64,000 bases of DNA, taken from the human T2T-CHM13v2.0 reference genome, Homo sapiens. The stretch lies in NCBI RefSeq assembly GCF_009914755.1, contig NC_060929.1; one strand, written 5' to 3'. Of the stretch, positions 12,355 through 25,039 are shown piece after piece. The notes under the pieces were generated by a model. That model saw nothing but the letters and a program-made list of their open reading frames with translations, was not told the origin of the DNA and made no database searches. Every line of letters starts with the position of its first letter. Position 1 is the first letter of the stretch. The position numbers and the translations under genes are program-made.

Positions 12355-12788
12355 TTTCATGTGCGTCCATGTGAAGAGACCACCAAACAGGATTTGTGTG
12401 AGCAATAAAGCTGTTTGTTTCACCTGGGTGCAGGTGGGCTGAGTCCGAAAAGAGAGTCAGCGAAGGGAGATAGGGGTGGGGCTGTTTTACAGGATTTGGG
12501 AAGGTAATGGAAAATTATAGTCAAAGGGGGTTGTTCTCTGGTGGGCAGGGGAGGGGGTCACAAGGTGCTCAGTGGGGGAGCTTCTGAGCCAGAAGAAGGA
12601 AATTGACAGGGGTAATCACTCAGTTAAGGTGGGGCAGGAACAAATCACAATGGTGGAATGTCATCATTTAAGGTGGGGCAGGGCCTTTTCACTTCTTTTG
12701 TGATTCTTCAGTTACTTCAGGCCATCTGGGCCTATACGTGCAAGTCACAGGGGATGCGATGGCTTGGCTTGGGCTCAGAGGCCTGACA
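12355..12788 (-). promoter_or_regulatory. HERV-H 5' LTR (LTR7B-like), potential promoter/enhancer
   Basis: About 96% identical to the 3' LTR by manual alignment (about 16 substitutions, 2 indel regions). Confidence 0.95.
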
Positions 12789-14984
12789 GTTGAACCATGG
12801 TAGCCTCTGGTATTATCTTTTGCCCATTTCTCATCATTGTATTTGCTCAGCCTGCCTGAGAGCTGCACAGGAAGATGGAATTTTATGATTCCATTTACTC
12901 AACTTTTGCTGTGCAAGGCACATGAGGGGCATGTGGTTCATGCACAACTAAAATTTAAGTAATGGTTGATTAGTGAAAAAATGAGCCCTGACTGGTAAGG
13001 AATTCCTTCCATGTAAATGAATCCTTGTGTTTGTAACATGAGGGAATTTCTTGTTTTGCTATGCTGGAGACATTTTAAAAGGTTTTACTGATTCGCAAAG
13101 CACACCTTCAGGGTTTATAGGAAGCAAACCTTTTACTATTAAAGGCAGCAACAACTTGGTGTTATGTATTTTGGGGAAATGGCTTCTATAAAGACACCAT
13201 TAGAGTTTTTGTAAGATAACATTGTTACATAACTTCTCTTTGCCCACCTCACTTTGGTCCTCTTTGCCCACCTCACTCAGCATTCGTGTCCACCACTAAC
13301 AGGGGAATTGATTGCTGTTGGGATGATTATTTCAGCCCTTTGGAATACTCAGAGCACCAGGCCCTATGTAGCTTAGAATAGGATTTTGCCCTTTTGTGGC
13401 CTACATATGCAAAGGATGCAAAGGCAGACCACTTTAAGGTAGGCACTAAAAGAAACTGATGGGGGAAGCCAGTCGATTAGCATTTGCTTGCCCCATACCC
13501 CAGGTTTAGATTTTGAACATAATAGTGCCTGACATCACTGGGCTGCTTTCGCATATCTCACTTTGCTTGAGTTAAGGGTGCCAATTCTAAGAGAATGGTG
13601 ATCCTAATAAACGTACATTCGGAATCTCTTAAGCCTTGAGCAGAAAACTTTAGGTGGTGGTAGGAGGGCAATTGAGTGGCTATAGAAGTGCCACTTGATT
13701 ACACTCCCATGATCTTTCCTTCCTTCTAGATTTCTCTTATTCATTTCCTACTGCAAGTACCTTATCTGGTTCTCAGTGTTTAATTCTCCCTTTTTACAAC
13801 TGTTTTTTTCAAAAACAACCACAGCGCCTTCCTTATTTTCTTCCTTAGGGATAAAGTTTGCTGAAGTTTTCTAAAGGAACTTTAATTTAATCCAAAAGTA
13901 TGGACCAACTACTATGTGCAGGTGCCAGATATTTAATAATGAACAAAACATTGTTCCTACCTTGAGGCTAACATTACACTTTTTATGGATTTCCCACTTT
14001 GTTTGAGAAATCTGTGCATTGAAACATTCAGTCTTATTTTCTTCATGAATTATATCCTGTAAACACACCCAGTACAAATATTTTATTAAAATATTTAATT
14101 AATATAAAAACACAAATAACAGCATTAAAGTTTATTGGCATAGTTTGCCAGATTCTCAACCTTTTGTCTGCTTTCCCTCCTTTAAGGCTTCTTAAGGTCT
14201 TAAGGCCTTCTTTTCCTCCTTCAAGGTCATCTCTGGACCATGGCTTTCTGACAGTCTTGTAACTTGCTGTCAACTGTGTTAAATAAGCTCTCTATTTCTT
14301 GGCTCTAGAGACTCGGATACATGATGGAGGTCTTCTCTAGACATGGTTGACTTCTTTGATGACAACCTAGTAGTCACATAAACTGCCCAGGAATCTCAAA
14401 GAAAGGTCATGATGTACCCCTGAAGAACGCCATCTTCTCTTATGTCTATTCATCTCTCTCTTTGGTATTCCATGTTCCTCTACCTCCCTCCAAAATTCTA
14501 TCTCTGAAGCAGGCCTCTTACAGGTGGAGGGAGATGGGTAGTACATTTATAATTCACCTGTCCACATGGATGTGCACTTCCAGGAATTAGACTCTTTTTC
14601 CTCCCTTTTTGTGCATTTTCCTAAAGTTTTCTAAAGGGGAAAACATCCACAGAGTACAACCAGCATACCAGTGATCAAATTTCTCAATATGTGTTTGGTT
14701 CTGAGAGTCATAGCAAAAGCAGCCAAACTTTTTACCTTGCTCTTGTTTTGGACTAGGCCACTAAGTGACTCTGAGAAAGTCAAATAACTCCCAAGGGTTT
14801 CTGTTTTATAACTTGTTAATTGAGGGGGGTTATAGTTAGAGATTCCTAATGCTAACGTCCCATTCAGCTGTAAAATTCAGTGTCCTTGAAGGCTTTCTCT
14901 TCCTGTCTGCATCTCAAAGGCTTTCTCTTCCTGTCTCTGCTTTTCTGGAATTCCTACTTTCTTACCTTTATTGCTTTATAGTCT

Positions 14985-15122
14985 ACAACAGCAGCATCAC
15001 TCTGGCTTGGCAAATCATTAGAAAATACATTCTTGGGCCCCCTCAGACTTACTGAATCAGAAATCCTGTAGCCAGAAATGTGTGCTAATTCTGATGCACA
15101 GTCTGAGGATGACTGTTCTAGG
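14985..15122. mobile_element. MER5-like hAT-Charlie MITE fragment
   Basis: cagcagcatcact...ttagaaaatacattcttgggcccc...tactgaatcagaaa...ttctgatgcaca pattern. Confidence 0.65.
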
Positions 15123-17389
15123 GCTCTGTTGATTTATATGGTATTTTGGGCAGGAGTGAAGTCCAATGTGCTTTGCATCTCCTTTGGTTCAGAAAATACA
15201 ATGAGTGCTAAAAATCTCCATTAATTTATTAAGTGTATGAGCATGATATTGAATACTACTTTATGTAAATTTATCTAAATTTCAACAGTGACTTCTACCA
15301 AGAGCTACATATCATGTGGTGAGAGAAAATAGTTCCTGTTTGGCTCACAAAGTGCCTTTTGTCTCATTCTTTCTCCCTTAGTTGACCTCTTTCTTCTGCA
15401 AAACTATTCCCCCATCTTGCATTTTGCTCTGTATGACTTATTGTTTTAATAGCCAATGTCATATTTTATGGAACAAGGAGACAAGGAGACTGAAGATTTG
15501 TTTAAATATATCATGATGCAAAGCTCCCCTACCATGGCCAAGTGGAGGACCAGTGTTTACTTTAGTATCTGAGGCCATGATTTAAAGCCTGTTTACATGG
15601 CTAATTATTAAAGCGTGATAAACACACTTTTTAAAAGACACGGGGAAAAGTGTATTTTTAAGTCTACCTTCTGTTTCTATTGGGCTACATTTCCAACAGA
15701 TGGCAGGAGCATCTGGGAAGCAAGCCAGTTAGACTCGCTGATGGACCCTGTACTTACTTAGCAATTGCTCCTGGTCATTTCCTTGAGTCAAGAGTGCGGA
15801 TGAGAGAGGCATTAGCACTGAGCTTAAACATAAAACCTGAATGGTCTACCAGACTTAAACCGGAAATAAAAGGATCATAAATTTGATAGAACTGGGAAGA
15901 ATGTTGACTTCCTTGTATTTTAGAAATGATATATGTTGGAAAGAATTAATATGTGTGTGTGTATGTTTAATTATCAAAGGTTATCTCTTTAGTTTAAAGG
16001 ACCGTAGCCAGCAGTAATTAAGCGTGCCATTCACTGCTGGCAACTACTTAGTTTACGTGCTGTTTTTTATTCCCATTTAGCTGTTTTCTGCTTAAAATAC
16101 TCTAGAATTAATAAGGACATATATGTGACAGGGAAAACATCAACGTCTTACAATTAGTATCTCATAAAACTATGAATGGCAATATCTGAGAATGCAGTTA
16201 CAAAGCGTGCAAAATTTATTCATGAATAGATCTGCAAGGAAACTTGGGTAAATACTGCAAAACAGTCACAAGACACTGAATAACTTTGCAATTCTGATGA
16301 CATTTGTTGGAGACCATGTGTGACATAATGAAGGAATGTTAACATTTTGTAAAATGAGATGGAAGCAGCAGGATAAAAGGAGGAAAATATATTTTCTTTA
16401 AAAAGTAAAACAAATTTGACTTTAAAAAGGCAGTGATGAGATGACAATTCTGAAGTATAATAGAAAGAGTATTATTCTCAGCCTCAAATACCCCCACAAG
16501 AATTTCCTAATACACAATTGAAATTGTAAGTAAAATCGAGTAACAGAATTGTTGGGAATATCCAGACCATTTCACTTAAAAGCAAGGTTCAGTAAAAAGA
16601 AGAAGCTTTCAGGGGCTATTCTCCTCTCTGCTCTTTCACTGCTAGTCAGCATTTGTCTGCACCTGTTATGGGGCCCAGCCATTCTCCCCTCCAGTTCTGC
16701 CGTTGGGCTGAGGAATGATTTCACTAGGCTTTGAACAACTGAAAAACATTTTATCTTTTCATTTTGTGCCTCCACTTCCTGGTGTATAAGGTCTTCATTA
16801 GTGCTGAATGCTCCACGACTGAAGGAATCCATAGGGAGCCTCTGGCTCAACAAACTGCTGGCTTGATATCAAGCCCTATCCTCTCTTTATGTTCTACTTG
16901 TGCCCTCTGCCCATCTCAGGACCCTTGTTCAGATTCTGACCCCCCATTAGCTTGGTTGTCTGAAACGTGGCTTTCTGATGCTTCTTAGCCCAAGAGGGAA
17001 GTAGAGGGGGGAAGGAAGAATCTCTTGTGGGGAGGTTCTATTAAGAAGAAGGAAAATTGCATGGTAGCGGATTAATCACTTTATTTCCCTTCTTCATTCT
17101 ATAAAGACATCTTAGGGTGGAGTGAAAATGCACACTCCCCTAATATGAATATTTTGCGGTCCTTTTGCAAAAACAATCAGCTAGGTCTTTGTCATTCTGA
17201 AAAGGCAATCCAGTGAGTTGTGATGCGTGTGAAAACAGGATAGGAGAGTAAATCCTTGGTGTTATTTGTGAGGAATATGGCAACTGGCCCCTTTTTTATC
17301 TTCCAAATCAATCTTTTCACTACTAGCAGGCCTGTAATTTTGTAGTTGGCATTTTTTTTCCCCACTGAATAGAAAAAACCATGCAAATA

Positions 17390-18592
17390 CACTCATGCAT
17401 TGATTAACAACATTTTGGTCAAAGACAGACTACATATGGGATAGTGGTCCCATAAGATTATAACGGAGCTGAAAAATTCTTATTGCCTAATGTTGTAGCC
17501 ATCACTACATTGAAGCACAATGCATTACTCCAGTGTTTGTGATGATGCTGGTGTAAATAAATGTATTGAACTGTCAGTCCTATAAAAGTATAGGACAGGC
17601 AATTGGGTACAGTATATAATATTTGATAATGATAATAAATGACTATGTTGCTGATTTATGTATTTACTATGCTATACTTAATTGCTATCTTAGACTATCT
17701 CCTTCTATTTATATATTTTTAAAAGTTAACAGCCTCAGGCAGGTCCTTCAGGAGGCATTCCAGAAGAAGGCTCTGTTATCATAGGAGATGACAGCGTCAT
17801 GTCATGTTATTGCCCCTGAAAATCTTCCAGTGGGACAAATTCTGGAGGAAGAATGATATTCTGACCTTGACCCTGTGTAGACCTAGGCTAATTTGTATGC
17901 TTGTGTCTTAGTTTTTAACAAGAAAGATTAAAAATTACAAATAAAATAAATTAAAACACAGAAAAATAATTATAGACTATGGATATAAAGGAAGAAAATA
18001 TTTATAGCTGTACAAGGTGTATTTTAAGCTAAGTGTTATTACAAAAGAGTCAAATGTTAAAAAAATCAAAGTTTAGAAAGTAGTTACAATAAGCTAAGGC
18101 AACTTTATTATTGAAGAAAATTTAAAAAAAATAAATTTAGTGTAGCATAAGTGTACAGTGTTTATAATAGGTACAGTAATACTAGTACTATAATACTATA
18201 ATAGTGTACAGTAATGTCCTAGACCAGCACATTCACTCACTACTCACTCACCAATTTACCCAGAGCAACTTCTAGTCCTGCAAGCTACATTCATCATAAG
18301 TGCCCTATATAGGTATACCATTTTTTATTTTTATACTGTATTTTTACTGTACCTTTTCAGTATTTAAATGCACAATATTTACCTTTTGTGTTACAATTGC
18401 CCACAGGATTCAGTGTAGTAACATGCAGTACAGATTTGTAGCTGAGGAGCAATAGGCTGTACCATATATCCTAGGTGTGTAGTAGCCCATACCATCTAGG
18501 TTTATGTGAGTACACTCTATGATGTTCACAGGATGAAGAACTCACCTAAGCACATGTTTCTCAGAATGTATTGGCACCATTAAGCATGACTA
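17390..18592 (-). mobile_element. Tigger3b (MER7B)-like DNA transposon, apparently full length
   Basis: 1.2 kb bounded by degenerate TIRs (ta|cactcatgc ... gcatgacta|ca); internal cagcctcaggcaggtccttcaggagg and cctaggtgtgtagtag...accatctaggttt motifs. Confidence 0.88.
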
Positions 18593-19974
18593 CATTTCTG
18601 GGAGATGTAATAATTTACCCTTTGTGCAATACATTAGTATTAGAGGGCTACAACATTAGAATATCTAATCATAAATTTATGCCACTATAGATGAATTTAC
18701 CAGATCCTTAATCAAAAAAGGATAAGAAAAGAAGGTCTTTGGGTTAAGGGGAGACAAATTCCTACAGAGGAAAAAGGCAAGGGTGCTTAATAGTCGTTGC
18801 TATTTATCCATGAGAATGCTTGCACTGCCTAATAATGTCCTTGCCAGCTCCACCAAGGATCCCCCATGGCAAAAAGTGACTGTAGATGTGGGTGTTGAGT
18901 GTGTAAAGCCTCTTGAATACTCTGGGCTTGTCTCCAGTGTCTGGAAAGTTGTTTATGAAATGGTAGAGACAAGAACATTATTATTTAATTCTGGATATGT
19001 GAACCTAGTACATGCCTTATATTTCATAGGCATTCTGGAAAATCCCCACACTATTCAAAAAGGTGAAAACTATTTCAAATCAATTTATTTTAACAAATAA
19101 CTTCATTTTCAGATTTGATGAGCCATCTCTGAAGTTAAAGAAATAAATATCATACATATTTGATACCTTTGAGGAATGAAGTTCATGCTTACCCTTCCAT
19201 TTTTTTTCTCAGTGGTTCAGTTTACAATATTTTATTTCTGAGTAAAATCCTGGAGTTACTTCCCATATACCTAGTCTCACCTACAAGGAATTACATGTGC
19301 CATTCATGACTGCTTGCCTTAGTTGGGGTCTTTGTGCTTTTTTTATGCAATGGTTAAGTTCTAGGTTCACTGCAGTTACTTCCACAGGAGAGGTGATTCA
19401 TACTTTACTGAAATGCCTGGAACTGATGGCACTGGTAGGGCCTGTAGATCAGACTGTGAAATGCTTATCTGCACTGAGAGCCCTGACTGTTTCCATTACT
19501 GTTCTGGTCTCCTATGCTTGGTTAAGTTAGAAATTTCAATATTGTTTCCTGTTGCCTTCTTTCATTTTCATTTATATTACTCTTATTAGCCAATCTATTT
19601 GGAAACTAGAATATGTTTTTTGAGGCTTCTCTTTAGAATGTGCCAGAATTCTTACACATGATATATTCCAACACATTGAAATCATGAAAACAAATATTCC
19701 AGGATAGGAAAGCCATTTTCAAGCCCAAGACCAGCAACATAGGGAAATCAAAAAGCAGTAAACTCAACAGGATAGCAGTGAAGCAAAGGAACTTGGAAGG
19801 ACCTTTGTTGGCCTGTAGTAATAGGATTTGACTGTTAATGATATTCTTGAGAGGGGAAATTGTCATGCCACTTCTGTGGGGCAGTTGCTTTTAGAAAGCA
19901 CGTTGTTTTGTTTATTAGAACCACAGAATTTTAAATGTGGAAAGTAATTTTGTTTTATTTAGTCCAACCTTCCT

Positions 19975-20215
19975 TTAGGAGAGTATTTTGGTTTGGGGTT
20001 CCCCTGGAAGCAGAGCCCGAGGCAAAGGCTTCTGTAAAACTCCTTCACTAGAGGGTACAACCCTATAGACTGGAGTAAGGGACAAAGAGTGAGGAAGGAA
20101 AGAGGTCGGAGGAGGTGTTGTCAAGCAGGCTGCTGCTAAATACAACAGTTTGCTATGATCTACAGCACTCTCTTCCAAGAATCCATATAAACTGCGGCTC
20201 CTGACAGTGAATTCC
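19975..20215. mobile_element. Old MaLR (MLT1) LTR fragment
   Basis: gtattttggtttggggttcccctggaagcagagcccgaggcaaaggctt resembles an MLT1 terminus. Confidence 0.5.
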
Positions 20216-21076
20216 AGTGAGAAATGGTCAAGAACACGTTTATTTTCCAGAATAATTTATTCTTTCTCTCTTTATTGCCTGATTTTTTCTTACTTGCAAA
20301 CATTCTTGCTCGTCCACTTTTATTTCCAAATTGTCTCATATCTATTCAAAGCTATCTTCATCATGGCCTCACCCGCGTTTGGAATTGCATTATCTCTTAC
20401 CTAGATAATTATAATCATCTACTAACTTACTTCTCCTATCCACTTTCATCCTAACTGAATCCATCTCAAACACCATGCCCAGATTAATCTAATACTTATA
20501 CTCTACTTATAAGTATCTGTACTTCTTCATTATCTGCTCTGATATAGGTAAGTTCAAATTCCCTAGCCTGACTCTATCAGTTAAGATGCTTTAAGATGCA
20601 AATAATTTAAAAACCTACAATTCTAAATGAATTAAGCAACACTGGATCTTATTATGTCACAAATATTAAGACATTTCATAGATAGGCCCCTACCTTTGCT
20701 TCTTAGCAGTTCTCTTGGATCCATGTTCTCTTTCTCTTGTTGGCTTCATCCTCAGGTTGATGACAAAACAGCTATAAAAATTTCAAGTATCATATGCAGA
20801 TCCAACATTGGAAGGAGTGGGAACATTTCTTTCTAATGTTTAATAGCAAGATGACATTTGCCAGTAGGCTCACAGCAGACAACTCTCTCATCTAATTGGC
20901 CATGTGCTTCTCCTAAACTAATCCCTAATAATGGGAAGATAATGCTGCCATGACTTACATGGGATGCTGAGAATTCAGCCTTGGGTCTGAGGATTAAATA
21001 TCACTGGGTTATGCAAGACGGGGCAGACAACCAACTCTACCTATTCCATGCACTCAAGATCTGCCAGTTCTAATAA

Positions 21077-21551
<475 letters not shown>

Positions 21552-22454
21552 GGTGCATCTTTGTTAATGAATCTATGTCTTATCAATGAATGAAAAATGA
21601 TTTTTCTCTTATCTAACAGCACGTTTTTGAACTCACATTATTTATCTGTCATGTCAGATTGTAGTCTTCTTAAAGGGAGACCCTGAAATATATTTTTACA
21701 TTTATCCTATCCAAACAAGTAAGCACCTGTCCTTATACTTAATGGTTAGCATTTATTTTATGAAAAAGTAAGTTAAACCTCAAAACATGTCAGTTGAACC
21801 TGAGGGTTTTCAACTTAAGAATTTTCTTGCTAGTGGAGAAGTTCTTTTTTTCCCAGCTTCCTTGTGTAAGCCCACCACACAAATGGTCTAACTTCTTGAG
21901 CAGAATACTGCAGAAGGACCAGATTTTCTACAACTGAAACAAAGGGGTCACATTCACTCACTTAATATAATCCAGGAAAAAAGAAAATTACCAATCTATG
22001 GTGATCCATTGGAAATGCTCTGACTTATCAGATCTTGTCTGGATTTAGATCTTATATATTTAAAACATTTTTTCTCTATAGAAAAAAACTAATCATCACT
22101 TAAAGGACAAAAGCATGTTAACTTTTCAATGGGTGAATCTTTAAAATGTGAATTTGAGATAGTGAGAAAATGGTTAGAGGTTAAACATTATCATGCGAGA
22201 GACTTCCGGAGTAGACATATCTTGGTTAATGGAGTGTTAAAAATTGGCATGAATTTCCAGCAAAGAAAATCATTAATTTAAACTGCAGAGACCATGGGCT
22301 CATTCCTAGATTCAATAAAAAAAGATCTGACAACCCTTATGAAGAGAGAATTTAGCAATTCCGCTGTACCCCTAACTCCTTCACAGCCATTATGAGTGTG
22401 GAAAATCTGTTTCTAGCTATAAATCTCATGTCACTAAAAAAAATTCCAAAGAAG

Positions 22455-22484
22455 GTGCTCACTTCGGCAGCACATATACTAAAA
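22455..22484 (+). pseudogene. U6 snRNA 5' fragment (nt 1-30) retrocopy
   Basis: GTGCTCACTTCGGCAGCACATATACTAAAA differs by 1 nt from the U6 5' end; 19-bp TSD aaaaaaaattccaaagaag at 22436-22454 and 22482-22500. Confidence 0.93.
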
Positions 22485-23080
22485 AAAAATTCCAAAGAAG
22501 AAAACATTACTGGTTTGTAACTCAGAAATTCACAAGTACATATACATAAAACATATTTTACAAAATACTTACAATGTTGCTCCAGTTACTTGTACCTTCC
22601 CCTCACCCTCTATATCTCTGCCTATCATTCTCTACAGCCTTAACCTATTTTATTTTTCTTTATAATATGTGTCATTTCTTGATACGTTATTTATTTAATT
22701 GTCTATTTATTGTCTGCTTCCATTCACTGTAAAAAAAACTCCTTGAAAAACATGGATTTTGTTGAAAAAGTTTATTTAGTGAAAAATCATGCAAATGTCC
22801 ACTGGACTCTACTATATTAACAAAATGTAATTATATGCAGCCAAACTAGGCTGCTAAATGTTACTAACGGCTTAAAAAGGTGTTTCATTATCAACAGTTC
22901 TCTCCTGCACACACAAACTTATTTTATCTCTGCCTCTTCCACTCTTTATACATTTTATTGACTTTGGGAAAAATTATAAAAATATGTATTTATTATTAAA
23001 AAGTCAAGCAATACAAAAAGAACAGAACAGAATAAAGAATATATGCTGATAAATATAGAAATGAAAAAGAAAAAATAAGC

Positions 23081-23759
23081 CAAAAAATAACAGATGCTGA
23101 TAAGGTTGTGGAGAAAGAGGAACACTTATATAATGTTGGTGGGAGTATAAATTAGTTCAACCATTGTGGAAGATGGTGTGGCAATTCCTCAAAGATCTAG
23201 AATCAGAAATACCATTTGATCCAGCAATCTCATTACTGGGCATATACCCAAAGGAATATAAATCATTCTATTACAAAGATACATGCACATGTATGTTCAT
23301 TGCAGCACTATTCACAAGAGCAAGGACATGGAATCAACCCAAATGACCATCAGTGATAGACTGGATGAAGAAAATGTGTACATATACACCATGGAATACT
23401 GTGTAGCCATTAAAAGGAATGAGATCATGTTCTTTGCAAGGACATGGATGAAGCTGGAAGCCATTATCCTCAGCAAACTAATGCAAGAACAGAAAACCAA
23501 ACACTGCATGTTCTCACTTATAAGTGGGAGCTGAACAATGAGAACACATGGACACAGGGATGGGAACAACACACACTGGGGCCTGTTAGGGGGCTGGTGG
23601 GGAGGGAGAGTATTAGGAAAAATAGCTAACGCATGCTGTGCTTAATATCTAGGCGATGGTTTGATAGGTGCAGCAAACCACTATGGCACATGTCTACATG
23701 TAACAAACCTGCACATCCTACACATGTACCCCGGAACTAAAAATAAAAATAAAAAAAAA
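23081..23759 (+). mobile_element. L1 3' fragment (older L1PA, about PA13-16): ORF2 end, 3' UTR and A-tail
   Basis: ORF2 C-terminal peptide WQFLKDLESEIPFDPAISLLGIYPKE; 3' UTR ...aacctgcacatcctacacatgtacccc then A-rich tail. Confidence 0.92.
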
Positions 23760-23834
23760 TATATAAATATAGATAAATATAGGTACATAGTGATAGTGGA
23801 AGAGTTAAAATAAAAAAGATACAGAAGAATTTTT

Positions 23835-24433
23835 GTTCAGCAGCATTCTTTCAGCAAATATTTCTTGAACAATTACTACGTGCTGGTCAACTGAGTTACA
23901 TGGGAAGTCATTTCAAATTAGTGTTGGATTGAGTTGAAACAACTGTTGAACAGGAATATTTCATGCCTCATAAAATTTACATTCTAGCAAAATAAACAGT
24001 AAGCATAATAAAGAATAATAACATGTTAAAAAGTAACAAGTGCTATGAAAAATGAAAAACTAGAGTGGGGTTAGGGGTATGGGTGGCTATGTGAGCAGTA
24101 TAAAATACAGTGGCCAAGGTAGGCTGCCTTGAGAAACAAGAACTAAATACAAGTTGTAGGGGATAAAGGAGCTGGCTGAAGGAATCTTTGAGGGAATGAA
24201 GTCCCTGGAAAAGGGACAGTTAAAATATAGCTTGAGCCTAGAATATGCCTTAGGCTAGGAGAATACTTGGTGTGTTCAAGGGACAGTGAAGAGGCCAATG
24301 TGGATAGAGCATTGAGCCAAGGCAGTAGTGAGAGAGGAGGTAAAAAAGTAACAGGGGACCAGTTTATGCTGGGCTTTACAGAACACAGTAAGAACTCTGG
24401 CTTTTACTTTGAGTTAAATGGAGAGCCATTGCA
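23835..24433 (-). mobile_element. L2 3' fragment
   Basis: cattctttcagcaaatatttcttgaac, ttacattctag, ttggtgtgttcaagggacagtgaagaggccaatgtgg motifs. Confidence 0.7.
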
Positions 24434-24692
24434 GTCAACTGAGTTAAATGGGAAGTCATTTAAACCCAGTGTTAGAATGAGTTGAAATAATAACTCCCGA
24501 ACAGGAAAATTTTCTGATTAAACTATGTTATATATATATATGTAAGTTCAATGCAAGTTGCTGTCTGTCTTTAAGAAAATAAATAATGCCAAATGCCTGA
24601 ATTTCATCAAGCCAGAACTTAACCTTAATTCCTGTAGTGCCTATCTGATTTAAGGATACATAATCTCTTTTCAGAAAGCATCATTCATATAA

Positions 24693-25039
<347 letters not shown>

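Larger units (their letters stand above)
6978..12788 (-). mobile_element. HERV-H provirus, common internally deleted form of about 5.8 kb
   Basis: Two homologous LTRs, exact 5-bp TSD GTTGA (6973-6977, 12789-12793), tRNA-His PBS, PPT, and gag zinc-knuckle, protease and RT remnants in the minus-strand ORFs. Confidence 0.98.

Noticed and set aside
12116-12370. ORF resembling the ESRG (HESRG) protein
   Set aside because: Any HERV-H leader gives this similarity; the frame here is broken into separate pieces, so it is not evidence that this is the ESRG locus.
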